This document shows, one piece after another, positions 49,961-64,000 of a stretch of 64,000 nt of DNA. Origin of the DNA: the human T2T-CHM13v2.0 reference genome, Homo sapiens; NCBI RefSeq assembly GCF_009914755.1, contig NC_060931.1; one strand, written 5' to 3'. The position numbers were made by a program, and so were the translations under genes. Below the pieces are notes generated by a model. The model searched no databases, was not told where the DNA came from, and saw only the letters and a program-made list of their open reading frames with translations. Numbering within the stretch: the first letter of the stretch is position 1; every line of letters starts with the position of its first letter.

Positions 49961-52724
49961 TGTTTTTATATCAGTATGTTTATTAATAATTAAAAGTATT
50001 AATAAGTTTACTTCAGGAATAAGATTAATTTACGTATCTGTGAGAAACTTCGTGATATACATCAAAATATTAAAGTAATCATGCTATATTTTTCTTTTCA
50101 TTCTGAAGACCACCTCTTGCAGGTAACTTTTTCTATTTTATTATACTGTCCTATTCTCCTTTCTTTACTTAGTTATATATCACAACTATAGAAGAAATAG
50201 GTTACCTGTTACTTGCAGAAATGTCACTCACTATTAATATTACTTTGCAACACAGAAAATTTTTCTGAATAATTAGAGGCAACTAAGCAAGCCTAAATGG
50301 AGTTGGTTAATTAAGTTATAAAATTCTAAGGGAGTATGATGAACCATGTAGACATATGAGCTTTCTGTTCTGCTTTTTTATCAAATGTTTCTGGCACCTG
50401 GGTTTTCTCAACTGCCCTTCTGTTGAATATGATTTTCGAATTGATGTAATGAAGAGTGGTGCTCTCTGGACAAGTAAGCTGTTCATTTGTAGAATAATAA
50501 TATGTCAACACATATTTTCCAAAATAACAGTCCTACTACCGTAAATGTCTTGGAAACAGTTACCTGACACCCAGAGAGTAAGTACAACTAGCCTAGAGCC
50601 TTGGTCTGACACCAAGCAAGAGGGTTTATGAAAGAAGATAGCCCAGAAAGCTGGAGCCCTGCTCTGCTGTGTCGACATGTCTACAGCTCAGAATAAAATT
50701 GAGTTTCCTGCTTTAGCCATAGCTGGGTCTTAAAATAACCTGAAGAAATTATAGTTCTGATTACATAGAAAGTGAAGGACTTAGAACATTCTCCTAATAA
50801 AGCCATGAGAATGACACAAAGCTTAGTCATCGGCAGTCCTCCTCTAACAGGCGTTTTAGAGAGAAAAATAGAGGTTTGAAATTGGATAATTTGATTTGAA
50901 ATCTTGCCTAATTATTTTAAGAATGCAGAAAACCTTTCTTTTTTGGCCAAAAAAATAATGATCTGGAATCCAATTAGGAAAGAACAGGCTTTTAAAATGT
51001 TTGATATCTCCAGTAATGGAGAAAAATCATGTCTTTAAAATTACATTCTGCTACAAACCTCATTCTTGGATGTCTTGCTTTTTGCATTTTGAATGGACAA
51101 ATTTAATGTAATTTCCTTTTGGAAACATGGCATTGGAAAAGTTAGATGAGATGTTTAATTTTATGTTGGATCCTATCTACCAGGGTACAGATTTTTAAGA
51201 AGAAAAACACTTCTTGTTTCGTTTTATTTCCCAAGGGAGATATCTCACTTAACCAGATGCCTTGCGATTTGTCACAATATAGATCATTTACACAGAATTT
51301 GTGTCCAGTCGTCCATCTATTTGATTTGCACACCATGAATAAAATAAGCAAAATGGATAAAGCTTCTAATACTCCCAATTAAAAAATTGCTATCTATTTT
51401 TTCACCATTAATATGCTATCCCAAATGGCATTTATCACCATACTGTCTCACCATATTTATTCGTATGCTGTTGTTTTCTCAAGATACGTTCAATTCAGAT
51501 TATGTTTGACTTGCAGCCATATCAATAATATGACTAATAATAAACAACAGTCTAGGATTTCCAGTTTTTAGAAAAACGATAATAAATTTGAAGTGAACCT
51601 ATATTCAGATTTACATTTTACTTAGTATTGTTTTTAAAAAAACATTCAATTAATATTCTGAAATGATTCCATTTATTTTTACTACAAAGTTAGCTGGACC
51701 TTTACAGCATTTTAGAGTTTTACACGAGGTTTAGATTTGACTAAGCCTTAGTACGATGTCTGGAAACAGGAGGTTGAATGAACATTTGTTGAAAGGAAAA
51801 ATCAGTTATTGAAATATTGTGTCTTCTGTTATCATTCTTGAGAAATGGTGGTGAGACAACTTAGTAGAAGTGACTAACAACTACATATATACAGAAGACA
51901 GGATGTAAGTCTCCAAGGTAATCAAGACCAACAGGAGGATGTTAGACCAAAATTAACACCGCGAGAAATGTGTTATGCATATATTACAGCCCACGTGTGA
52001 AAATCTGTTCATTTATAGAGAGATTGCTTCTCTGTGAATGGCTAAGTTGGCTCCACTAAGTACAAAAAAGCACTTAGGGCCATTCAGAACTAACAGCCAC
52101 ACACTCTGAAAGACTAAACCAAAAGATACCTGATTAGTAAGTGCTCTTTAGATGTGGGGATAGACGTTTTAACAAAGAAAGGACAGGGATGGAGAGGACT
52201 AAAGCTCCGTGCTGGGAAACTCTTAAGGAGCCAGGGCCTCCCAACAATATGCTAAGAGTGCACCCCTAGCTGTCTGGCCACATTTTCATTTCTTGTCTCA
52301 ATCCTGAGGATTAATCATGAATTCCAGTCCAGTTTCTTTCCAAGCATATAACTGGACATGACAGAGTATCTTAGCTTCTACATCATAAAGCTCAATTGTT
52401 AATACTGAAAAAAAAAAAGCAGGGTGGTTTTTTTAAAAAAAACAAAAAACAAAAAACAAAAAAAAAAACATCTAATGAGCAAACAAACCAAACATGCCTC
52501 TCTTATTTCTTGTCCTGTCTATTTTTTATTTAAGCGCTGTAGGTGAGGTAATTGAAATGGAGCCCATGATATGTCTTAAGAAGGATTAATAACATTCAGT
52601 GACCATTAAGTGCTATGAATTTTCAATGTATAATGTTTTATTTGTTTCTCCCAGGAATCCTCTTTGTAGGTGGTAAAAATCATTTAACAAGTGAGGAAAC
52701 TGAGCTCAAAGAGGCTGAATAACT

Positions 52725-53690
52725 TTAATTAACAAGCATTTATGGATGTCCACTGTATTTAGGCCAAAGTAAATGATGTAGTGTCTTGCTTCCAAGAGCA
52801 CATTGTCTAGAGTGGAGGAAAAAGGCAAAGTAAACATGAGAGAATAGGTGCTAAAACTAGACTTTGCAATATTGAGAAGGCCTGGGAAGCCTTTCAAAGG
52901 AAATAAATGAAGGGGAGTTCAGTGTTTTTGAAGATGGTTGGAGGACATGATCTATAATGTTGCCATGGCTGGAGATGACACTGCAAACCAGGCAGGAGAC
53001 AGATGATTAAGGACCTTTAATTCCATGCAAAGCTAGTGACTTTGAACTTCTAAAGGATTTTAAGAAGAGCTGCATGATCAGAAATACTTCTTGGAAAAGT
53101 AACTTTAGCTGCTGTATAAAGGATGGGACACTCCTTAAAATGGGTTGTGTAATTATCACATAACCTCTAACTATTAACTAGAAGTGCCCAGCAAGGAATA
53201 GGGAGAGAATAGTAAGAGTGAACTGGAAGGACCAGAAAGAGATAAATTGGGAATTCATGCAAGAGGTAAAGGGACAAATTCAGAGTCTGAGATTTCCACA
53301 TTCATAACTGGGTAGATGTGTTGCCATTATTCATTCATTAATTATTTTTTGAGTGTCTCTTATGTGCCAGACATTATCTTCGTGCCAAAATAGATGACAG
53401 AGCAAAACAACCTTATATATTTGCCCTTGTGGAATGTGAAATCTACACTGTTTGCACATGTATATGTGTGTGTGTGTTGGGAGACTGATAATAAATTATA
53501 AATGTACATAATTATGTAATTGGTTAGAAATGGTGCTGTTAGATGAACAAAAGGTAGGGCAGAGAAAGGTGGTTCATGAGTTGGGAGAGAAAGGTGCACC
53601 ATCACATAGAGTAGTTAGAGTAGGTAATTTTTATGAAGGTAAGATTTTCAGCAAAGGATTGGAGAAGGATTGTTAAGGTGAGGAATTACA
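52725..53690 (-). mobile_element. L2 fragments (at least two)
   Basis: ttaacaagcatttatggatgtccactgt; ttattcattcattaatt...gagtgtctcttatgtgccagac. Confidence 0.6.
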
Positions 53691-53721
53691 CAAGAGACAG
53701 ATGAGGAGATTTAAATGTAGA

Positions 53722-53758
53722 CCCCGCCCTCCCCCACCTCCCCCTCCCCGCTCCGCCC
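53722..53758 (-). other. G-quadruplex-forming / GC-box tract
   Basis: ccccgccctcccccacctccccctccccgctccgccc gives at least five G runs of 3 or more on the minus strand. Confidence 0.7.
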
Positions 53759-54699
53759 TGCTTCCCATTGCTTGTCTTGCTATTCACCTGGACTGGCAGA
53801 ATAAGCGTGGAGCTTGGTAGGTAACATTGATTGACTATCACAAAATGAAGTGTAGAGCAACACTGAGAGTAGGAAAACCTTACACTATGAAAACATAGAG
53901 GGGAAAGAAGCACTTCTTCATCTGGCTGGGTTAGCTATTCTCAGGATAGGTACTCAAGTATGGAAGGTATATAGAGATTGGGCCTTGGCATACATTCATA
54001 TCTACACAGATAGCATCTATTTACCTGTGTAGTGAATGTGAGCATGATAATTCATGTAATTAACTGCCATATTTCTTGTAGGGACTGAAAGTTAACAACT
54101 TTGTATATTAATACTCTAAGAGAACTCTAACTATAGTCTCCAACAAGAATTGCAGGGATTTTAAACTCATAATTACTCCTCAGCTGTAAATTTCAGATGT
54201 GGGTTATTGCTTTTTCTCATTTAGGGGAGTGAAATTGCTTCAGCCATCGACTTTGTGATGAGGCCTGCAGTCAGCTGTAGTTGAGAGGGGTGCTCACTCT
54301 CTGCTATTATTAGTAGTTTGTCCACGTAAAGACAATCATACAACATGTACAAAAGTTGGATTCAGGATAGCAACATATTATGTTTTGTGGCTGCAAGATA
54401 TTTAAATCTAACACCAATAGCATAACGTTTAAAAACAAAAATTTTATTGAAAATAAAGTTTATGTTTGGGGCAAAGGAAGATTAAGAGGATAGGAATATA
54501 TATTTTCCCATTCTTAACTCTGTCTCTCTTCTAGGGATTGAGAGATACAGAGAGATTGAGAGAGTGAATTGGAGTGAGTGGATATGAGTTATATAGCACT
54601 GCCTAATGGATTATTACCTCCCAAACCCCTGAGTTGAAGAGTAGATGGAGAGCCTGTGTAAAAGATTTTGGGTAGACGATTTTGAAATAAAACTTAGTG

Positions 54700-54704
<5 letters not shown>

Positions 54705-54742
<38 letters not shown>
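54705..54742. repeat. (CA)19 microsatellite
   Basis: Perfect CA array. Confidence 0.95.
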
Positions 54743-54743
<1 letters not shown>

Positions 54744-56329
54744 TACAGATAAGTATATATATGGAAAAATATGTATACGCAAGGAAAATACTGCTGTTCT
54801 AAATGTAGTATAATGATTTTAATATACTACCCAAGAAATCTTATGAGACTTTAAAATCATTTTAAGATTTAATAATAGTAATGGATTTAATTTTTTTAGT
54901 ATGCTATTCATTACAAACTAGAAAAATCCTAATAAATCAGTCTGAATCAGTAAAGCCTCATAGATTTCCATGCAATAATGTGTTTCCTCAGTTGCTTTTA
55001 CAGGAAAATAATTACTAATTATTTGATAAATTTAATTTTGGAGCAAATGTGTTGACAGCTGAAAAAACATGTAATGACTTGGATAGAGACCAGATATAAC
55101 ACTAGAACAAATAATATTGGCGACTTAAAAAAATAGTAACTGATGAAAAAAATCTAATTGCGTTAAATATTTTAAAGTACCTAAAAATACCAAGGATTTT
55201 GTATCTTTTGTCCTTTTCTACTTGAAATTTCTTAATCATTTTGGTGATCATACAAGATAAATCTTTAAAATTACTGTGTGAGTATTCTTAAAATAAATAT
55301 AATTCTTTGGTTAAACTATACTTCTCTAAATTACATGCAGTCTTAATAAAATAATTCCTATGGATGTTAATGTTCATTCTAAACAATTTTGCTCAATCCA
55401 TATTTTTGTAAACTGCATTGCTTTGCTTTTTTTAAAAGCTACTGTTTATATAGTCCTAGTTCCCAGTTTTTCATATATACTGTATTGTGTCTTTAAAATT
55501 AGAAATGCTGCTGAAACATAGAATATATTAATCCTTGATGAAATGGGACCTCTCTTTGAGTATAGGACTGTTGCCTGTACAACTAAGTCTAGTCTTTCAG
55601 AACAGAATAGGATGCTGTATATCTGTTCCCTGGAACTTAGATCCTTTGGCCTTGGTTCTACCTGACTTTGAGAAATTACAATCCCTAGTTTTTGTACATG
55701 TTTCACTTACTTTCTGCATACGATTTCTGGCTTACTTGACTCTTAAGTTCTTGCTGCCAGTCTTGCCTCTGCAGCAGTCCACATTCTCTCACCACCAAAG
55801 ACATAATGTCTTGTGGCTTCCCCACTTTTATCTCTTTGCCTGCTACTCAACATTTGTTCTGCACCAGATGAAAGTCACTGTTTTAGGTACTTTTTAGGGG
55901 TACATAAATAATTATTTCCTTCAAGAAGCCAGCAATCTGCATAGGAAAGGTTCACAAAGCAATTTTGAAATAATTTAATAAGTCTGCATAATGGATTATC
56001 ACATGAGCTTTGTAATTTATACTATTTTGTTGGAATTGTATAGCAATATTTATAAGTTGTTACTATTTGAGAATTCTTGTGTCTTAAATCATCTTCCTAT
56101 TAGACTGATATACAAGTCTCCCCATTGACCACCCCCAATGCCAAAAAGAAGCATGCTGTGAACACTGCAAAGTAAACTATTAGAAATTAATGGTCACTAC
56201 CTATAAAGATAGCAAAATACTAAAGGGGTGGTATTTTATGAGCAATGGAAACTTTTGTTGTAGATATTTCAACTGACACTGTGCCTTTATTACTACTTTA
56301 TACCTACATCTGAAGATCCAGACTCTAGT

Positions 56330-56730
56330 AGTTGTAATACAATAGATGCAAACAGTGGGAACATCTAGTTCTTGTCAATGTGTCACCAAAACATATTATC
56401 AAAGCTAATCTCATAAGGGTGTCAGAGGAAATTAAAGTTGCCTTTGGCTGCATGTTATAAGAACTGACTGAAATTTTAAACTACCTCAGTAGCTGACTAT
56501 ATACAGCAGCAGGAAGCCTTCAATTAACTGCACCAGTTCTATTTGTAGTACAAAGGATCTATGGCTTAGGATAGCCTACATAACTTAAAAAGAAAAAAAC
56601 TCAACTAGATCTTAACAGTATCCTGAAGTACAGCCTGAGAGAAAAGGATAGATAGGGTCAGATAGGAGCATGGAGCATAGTAACTAATTCAAAGACAAGG
56701 GGGTCTTAGGTTGAGCTTTAAAAAATGTTC
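56330..56730 (+). mobile_element. Possible L3/CR1 remnant
   Basis: aaagctaatctcataagggtg...tttggctgcatg and ttaggttgagcttt resemble the L3 3' region; weak. Confidence 0.25.
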
Positions 56731-57717
56731 TGTCTAGTCAATAAGAAATTCAGAGACAATGTCTTTGAAAGAAAGGTAAGCCAGAATGAAGAGTAGCAGT
56801 CTACATTCTAGAGATTATAACAATAAAAGTCAGCAATATTAAATGATTTAGTATAGAAAAAGGTGAGCTTTTACAAGAATAATGGATAGAAAAGAGTTCT
56901 TGAGGTTATTAAGTAGAAATTCACATGGATTTAATAATGAAAGATCATTTCCACATGATCCTCAGGCCCTGTTTCTTGGACTGTAATTAAGAAGAAAAAT
57001 GGAAGAACACTAAGAGAAAGGACTAGGAAGTGGTAGTGGCTCTAATGTTCTTCTTTTACCTTTTGAAATGCTACCTGATACTAATTTTTGAGAAAAATTT
57101 GTTGGAGAGTGAAACTTGCATGTCTTTTGGATAATTTTATTTAAAGGTGAATGATCTCAATTTTACCTTCTTTGTTTTTCACAGTTGCCTCCCTCTCCTT
57201 TTGCTATATGGACTATATGTATCTAAGTAAGTTAATGTTGGAAAAAAGTTTAAACATTGAGAAAATTACTGAGGGTGTCTGGGTAATATCTCAGAATTAG
57301 ATTTGAAAGTCACTGAACGATATGTTGTGGCTCAATGAGGAAGTTGTTAGATTTGTGATAATACCGAAAAAAATCCCTCTTTTGGTTTTATCTAAATTAG
57401 CATTCACAATACAAAAGTCATTCTAAGAATTATAATTAGGAGTCTGACATTTTACACAGAATTTGGTAGTTATTTTTGGTAAATAATTTTTACAGAGGAT
57501 GTTTGATCAAATTAAAATGTAAAAATTTTAAGGATCAACCTATGATTTTCTTGTATTAATATATTCACGTGGGATCTAAATGCTGAAAAATTGTATTATT
57601 ATTTTTTCTAGTTTCAAATCTACCAGAATGTTTATCTATAACAACTTCTATACAGAAGTTGTTTAAAGTTCATGGAAACTATCTTCTGTAGGAGACAGTT
57701 TACAGTTTACAGTTCTG

Positions 57718-58067
57718 TAAAATGAATCATAAAATCCAGAATTTTGCTCCACTTGTCCCATTACTGATCCATAAAAACTGGATTTAATTTCTACTGTAGT
57801 TATTTTTAAAAAATACACATTTGGTACCTTAAGAATGAAATAATTATAGGTCGGGCATGGTGGTTCACTTCTGTAATCCCAGCAATTTGGGAGGGCGAGG
57901 CAGTAGGATCACTTGAACTCAAGTTCAAGTGGAGTTTGAGACCAGGCTGAGCAATAAAGCAAGACTCAGTCTCTACGAAAATAAAAATAAAAATAAAAGT
58001 AAAAAAGTAAGCCAGGTGTGGTGGCACATGGGAAGCTGAGGTGGGAGGATTGGGGAGGTCGAGGGTG
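57718..58067 (+). repeat. Duplicated copy of 59698-60042 (unique flank plus truncated AluJ 57849-58067)
   Basis: Colinear high identity, offset 1980 bp. Confidence 0.92.
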
Positions 58068-59828
58068 CTTCTGTAGAAGTTTTCCATGAAGTATTTTTTT
58101 TTTTTTAAATTAGGTCGAATTAATTTGCTTATTTTTCAGAAAATAGATTTTGGAGCTGGTAAGAAGAAATGAGAAATACTAATATAGCATATTAGAACAA
58201 ATAACATTTTATATAAGTGAAAACAGAAAAAAATTAGGTAAAATGATATATTTATAAGCCCAGTGAAGGAAATGGAATGAATTATCTTCTGGGTTTTCAG
58301 ACCAAATGGACTGTCAGATCCTTTAGTTAAAAATTTGAAATATCACCTTTAAAATTAAGGTTTAGTCTTCTCTTCTTTGCCACTTTACTTACTTTTCAGG
58401 GCATTAAAAATTACTTAGCAAACTCATAATTATGTACCAGAATAATTCCCTTTAATAGGAATTTTATTCTAGGAAATCATTTCTAAAAGTGATAAAATTT
58501 TACCAATTTACAAATACTTTTGTACTAACAGTATTAATAACAATGAATTTTATAGTAGTGATAGATACATAAGGAGACAGGAATCGATGAGCATGGGACT
58601 TATTATGGAATATAGTTGACCATGTTTCAACATATGAAGTATTATTAGAAAGTGATACCTCTCTACCTCCACTCTTCTTTCTAACTTTAACAATTTCCTG
58701 CCCAGTCTAGGGTGTGCATATTTGGAATTATACCTATTTACAAAGGAACCACATAAGTAAAAAACATGAGATAAAATGGCTATTTTAGCCATCAGAGTTT
58801 TTCTGGGGTATTTGTATTACATTTCTGTTTTCTTGCTTGATGTCTTTATCCTTCTGTCATGTGAATCTCTTTATTCCCAAACATTTGTCTGGGTATTAAA
58901 CCTTTTTTCTTATATGACTCAATGTTAAGAGAGCCTCAAACAGCTAAACAAAATAACAATGAGTGGAAAATTTCTGTAGCCAAGAAGAAAATTAAAAATA
59001 GGAGACAGAAAATAACCAGAGAAGAAAAAAAAAATCTTTTGAAAAATGGTCAAATGTCATCCAGATAACCTTCCAAGGAAAGCTGCCTCTCATCTCCTTC
59101 CCCCTTCTTTTCCTTCCTCATCTTCCTAAGGTTGTCAGTTGGCATAGGACATAAAAGTAAATAAAAAGATGGGCATAAAAGCAAATCAAAAGTGGTAGGA
59201 AAGCAGCCAATAAAAATGGGGAGGTATTGTCCCAGAATAAGGACAGAGATTTTACTTTAGCCAATTCCAAGTTAAGTTTTCATCCAACACTTAGTTTGGT
59301 ATTTACATGAATGCTTGTATAGATTTCCAAAGTAGATGCCAAAGTAGATTGAGGAAGTTAGTGGATTAGTCCCTAGGGTTTGTTTGTTAAAAGAATTTGA
59401 GAAGCTTCCCATAATAACTTTAACATAACAGAAAAGAAAACTGATAATTGTGTGTATTTCGTGTATTTATGGTTATATACATTATGTAGTTTATTTCATC
59501 CATAGACTTGTTTTTTCTCAATCATTTCTTTAGTTGTTTTAGAATTAAGAAAATGCATTCATACATTGTTGAGGAAAGAGTCTTGAACTCATTGGATTCA
59601 CCAATGTTTAAAATCTTTATTGCACCAATTTTTTTAAATCTTTATTGGTTTTCATTGATCTGATGTGGTTCATGATTTTCCATGACATTCACTCTTTTAA
59701 AATGAATCATAAAATCCAGCATTTTGCTCTGCTTGTCCCATTACTTATCCATAAAAACTAGATTTAATTTCTACTGTAATTATTTTTTTAAAATACACAT
59801 TTAGTGCTTTAAGAATGGAATAATTACA

Positions 59829-60129
<301 letters not shown>

Positions 60130-60609
60130 TTATAAAATAATGTATGTTCTATCTGAAAACAATGTCGTTAACACTTTATGGAAGCTGTCCCCAGAGTTGA
60201 GGGACACTTGCTGATGTGAAGTTAGCCAACACATGACTGCTTCAGAATAGAAACAATGTTCAATGGTGTTGAACAAAAAAAAAATGCACCCTTGCTAAAG
60301 CTACTTCTAATGCTGTGTAGCTCTAACAAATGATTTATACTGGTTTTCCATTTAATGAGCTGGCAGGGAGGATTTTTAGCTACTGCAAAATCTTCTAGAA
60401 AAAAAAGAAACTTGTTGAGAAGTCTCTGAAAGGGTGTGAAGTTTCTTATTTTACATTCATTAACTTTTTATTTTATTCAAAGTTCAGAAATAGGCTATTG
60501 GTCATGCATTGTGAACTCACCATCTGGCTCCATCCAGCTTCCTGAGGGATTTCCCCCAGTGTCACAGTCTTCTGATGTACTTCATGTTTGTAAAAGTTTT
60601 GAATGCTTA

Positions 60610-61030
60610 ATTATATATATAAAATATATATTTATATATGTATGTGTATATGTATATATAAATACATATATGTAACACTTATAAAAGTGTGAGAATTTAA
60701 ATATAGATACATAGTTAAAAAAATCAATCGGTATATAAAGGCTTACAGTGAAAAGAAATTATCCTCTATTTCACTTCAGCTTCAGCCCGACTCGTTTCAG
60801 TACTCCAGCCCTGCCTCCCATATTAGCCATTTTAACAATTTTTTACTCGTATGCTTCTAGTGCAACCTCTCTGTCTTTAAATAATATTCTTGCTTTATTC
60901 ACTTTCAGCATTGTCTATTGACTTAATGCATGGTAATAAGAATAACTCACCAATTTTTCTCTTTTCTCCCCTGCTTCAAACTATACTTACTTTATTCTTA
61001 GTTCATTCATTTATTATAATAATTATTATT
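60610..61030 (-). mobile_element. (TA)-rich low-complexity tract followed by an antisense L1ME 3' end
   Basis: tatatatgtatgtgtata...; atacatagttaaaaaaatcaatcggtatataaaggcttacagtgaaaag. Confidence 0.55.
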
Positions 61031-61784
61031 AATTAGTGTTCAGAAACCTCAGGAAGAATAATTCTCTTAACTGGTTTCTAAGTTGTTGAGATATGTGTGG
61101 ATCTGAATGATTTGGAAAGTAAGTAAGTGGACTAGCAAACTGTAAGCATCATATAAATATGCTTTATTAAGGAATGTGGTTACACTCAAATTACTCTTTT
61201 ACTTAAGAAAATAAGAATTTAAACCACTTGACATAAACTGCAGGAAATTGTTGAATGATTTATCTTAATTTAATTTCTTTAAATTCTTTCCTGTGATGTG
61301 CTAATATGTATGTAATTAAGAACCAAATGAGAAATGTACTCTTGAAAAAAACTTTAAGTTTTGAAAACCTTATAAAAATATAAAAAGTCATTTTTCCCCT
61401 ATGATTAAAGAAAATCAAGTTAATGCATGACCTATATGTTGCTCCTTGACAGTCTTTAATAGACAAAATACTGGATTTCCTATAAATAAGAAAATGGAAA
61501 GGAAAAAATCCTCTGTTCCTTTCATACTTTTACCCCCTAACTCTTTAACTATACAATGTAGTTCGGCCTCTAATGTGCTTGTGTAAGCAAAACTCAATAC
61601 CCTTAACCTCCGAGAACCACACTTCTACTGTTGGAGTTCTATTGAACTCCATTTCAATGCAAACAAGTAAAGGAAATGTTTAAAAAGTTGACGTGTGATG
61701 AGAAATGAACTCTTTTATGTTTTGTCAAAATTTGGTGCTTCTGGAAAAAAATTGTCAAATACATTTTTTGGTCCAAAGCTTTCA

Positions 61785-62133
<349 letters not shown>

Positions 62134-62519
62134 TTAAAATACTTCCATACTAAGGCATCACATTTTGGCCATCCAGGAACACTGTTGCCTACAGTAAGAT
62201 TATGAGCTCTCCTAGAGGTATGATTCTAAAGCAAGATTAATGCATTTGATTATTTCTGGATACAGGGATGGGAAGAGAAGTGGTCTAATTATTCATTTAA
62301 AATATACCAATTCCAAAAATTAATTTGTTCTTTCTTGTTTAATTATATGATTTTCTTAGAACATCATAAACTTCTTGTTTATGCCTCTTCTCTCTACTCT
62401 GAATATTGACTATCGTGAGAGCTGTTCAGGCATTAAACACCGATTTGAATTTTGGGTTCTCTATGAGTGAACAAGTAAAATTATCAAAACGTTATATATT
62501 GATCCTATACCGTTTTTGT

Positions 62520-64000
62520 TTTAAATCAAAGTAAGTCATGCATTTAGTTTAAAAAGGAAAAGGTCTTTTAATGAAAATAGCAGTTCTCTACTCTGCCTCT
62601 CCCCAATCCTCCTTTTCACTCCACAGCAGCAACTACCTTCAACAGTTCTGGCTTTCTTCTGTTTTTTTTTTTAACTTTAATATTTCTAAATAACATATCC
62701 GTTTAGAAAATTATTTGTTTATGCATTTTAAGCACTATGCATTGTTTTCTCAGCCTGTGAGATGAGGAGGTTCCCCTGTACCCATATGTGTTCACCCACA
62801 GGAGTGTGCTTGTGTGTGTGCACACACACAAATATGTACACTTTTCTTCTCTACTCTTCCCAGTAGTTGAATCAAATCAATAGTATTTATATGACTAGTC
62901 AAATGTTTACTGCTGAACCAAGTCATGTATTATAACCATGTCAATTTTCAAGTTCAACTTAGGCTTTTTTCTGAAGTTCATTGCAAAATCGTACCCTCTA
63001 TTTATCTGGTTTTGTATACTTGCATGTTTCTACCATGTGCTTAAAAATAAATATTTTCCACACCTGCAGCACTTCAACTCTATTTTCTCCGGGAGTTTCC
63101 AGCCTTCTTTCTCTATTGGGAACTAATTGCTTTAGGCTCCCCACTCATCCTTGGTCTGTTCCTTTGCTGTTCTTTTGCGTAATCCTCTCTTTCTTGGATT
63201 CTTGTAGCTTCTTTGTCGGTTTTATTTTTGTTTTAATTTTCAGAAGAATATTTTACAATAGCTTATATTTGTTGAATTTTTACATACCTGAAAATGTCAT
63301 TTTTCTATCTTTTTCAATGATAGATTTGTATGACTGGGCATAGAACCCTTGTGGAAAATTATTGTGAGTTCTAGTCCCAATTTGACTCTCTTTCCTTTGC
63401 ATTTGGCTTCCCCAACACATTTGGAAGCTTTTTAGAATCTTCTCTTTATCTCTGTGGTTCTAAAATTGTATAACAGTGTATCTTACCTTATTCATTTTCT
63501 CGGTTATTCTATGGCCTCTTTCACCTTGGAGGCTTATGTTTTCAGTATTTAGATACTCACTCGAATTATTTTCCTTTCTTTAATATAACTTCTTCTCCTT
63601 TGTGTTCTCTACTCTTATTTTTCTGCAGTTCTTACTAGTTCAGTGTTAGACCTTCTGATTAGAGTCTAATTGTATTTTCTTTCAGGTAGATTTAGTTCAC
63701 TTTGTCTTCAAGAACATTTAGTGACATTTTAATTTAAGTTACTGAGTTTTTAATTTCAAAGAGTTTAAAATTTTTTTTTAAGTTTTTCATCAAAGTGCAC
63801 CGTTCTTTATTTTAATGTAGTAGGTAACTTCCTCTATTCGATAGAGGCTATTAATTATAGTTAACCACATTTTAATTTTTCTGCGTGCACTTTATACTTT
63901 TTCTCTGCTCTCCTCCTTTCATGTTTGTTTTGATCTCTCCTGCGTGTTGGGAGCCTTCATATTTAAAATGAGCATTTGATCTTTGGAAGCTCATCATTTG
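62520..64000 (-). mobile_element. Old L1M/HAL1-like remnants, antisense
   Basis: Strongly T-rich strand with cctgaaaatgtcatttttct...ttgtatgactgggcatagaa...tagaatcttctctttatc. Confidence 0.55.

Overview
Primate, almost certainly human, AT-rich genomic DNA from the 5' part of HDAC9 (class IIa histone deacetylase, MITR/HDRP isoforms) on the + strand. It is recognised from a 63-nt exon (26102-26164) that encodes the canonical N-terminus MHSMISS, and a spliced non-coding first exon ending at 25694. The proximal promoter (~25390-25590) has MEF2, CCAAT, octamer and E-box motifs. A probable second intronic promoter/first exon lies at ~39050-39286. The rest is intron/flank filled with Alu, L1, L2, MIR, MaLR LTR and DNA-transposon remnants; no other supplied ORF looks like a real gene. 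Main observations: (1) An in-frame ATG at 26059 reads through the exon-2 splice acceptor to give an alternative N-terminus MLQTIYESDSCFSSDGVAGREQ..., which carries a perfect PP2A-B56 docking motif (LxxIxE). (2) An overlapping uORF has a stop that overlaps HDAC9 Met4 (AUGA). (3) The 39-kb promoter is one copy of an old ~240-bp local duplication. (4) A Mutator-family (Ricksha) element with 9-bp TSD carries captured ERVL sequence. (5) A ~350-bp templated insertion shows repair-scar junctions. Repeat family names and gene/paralogue identities come from recall of consensus sequences, not from database searches, and boundaries of old repeats are approximate.
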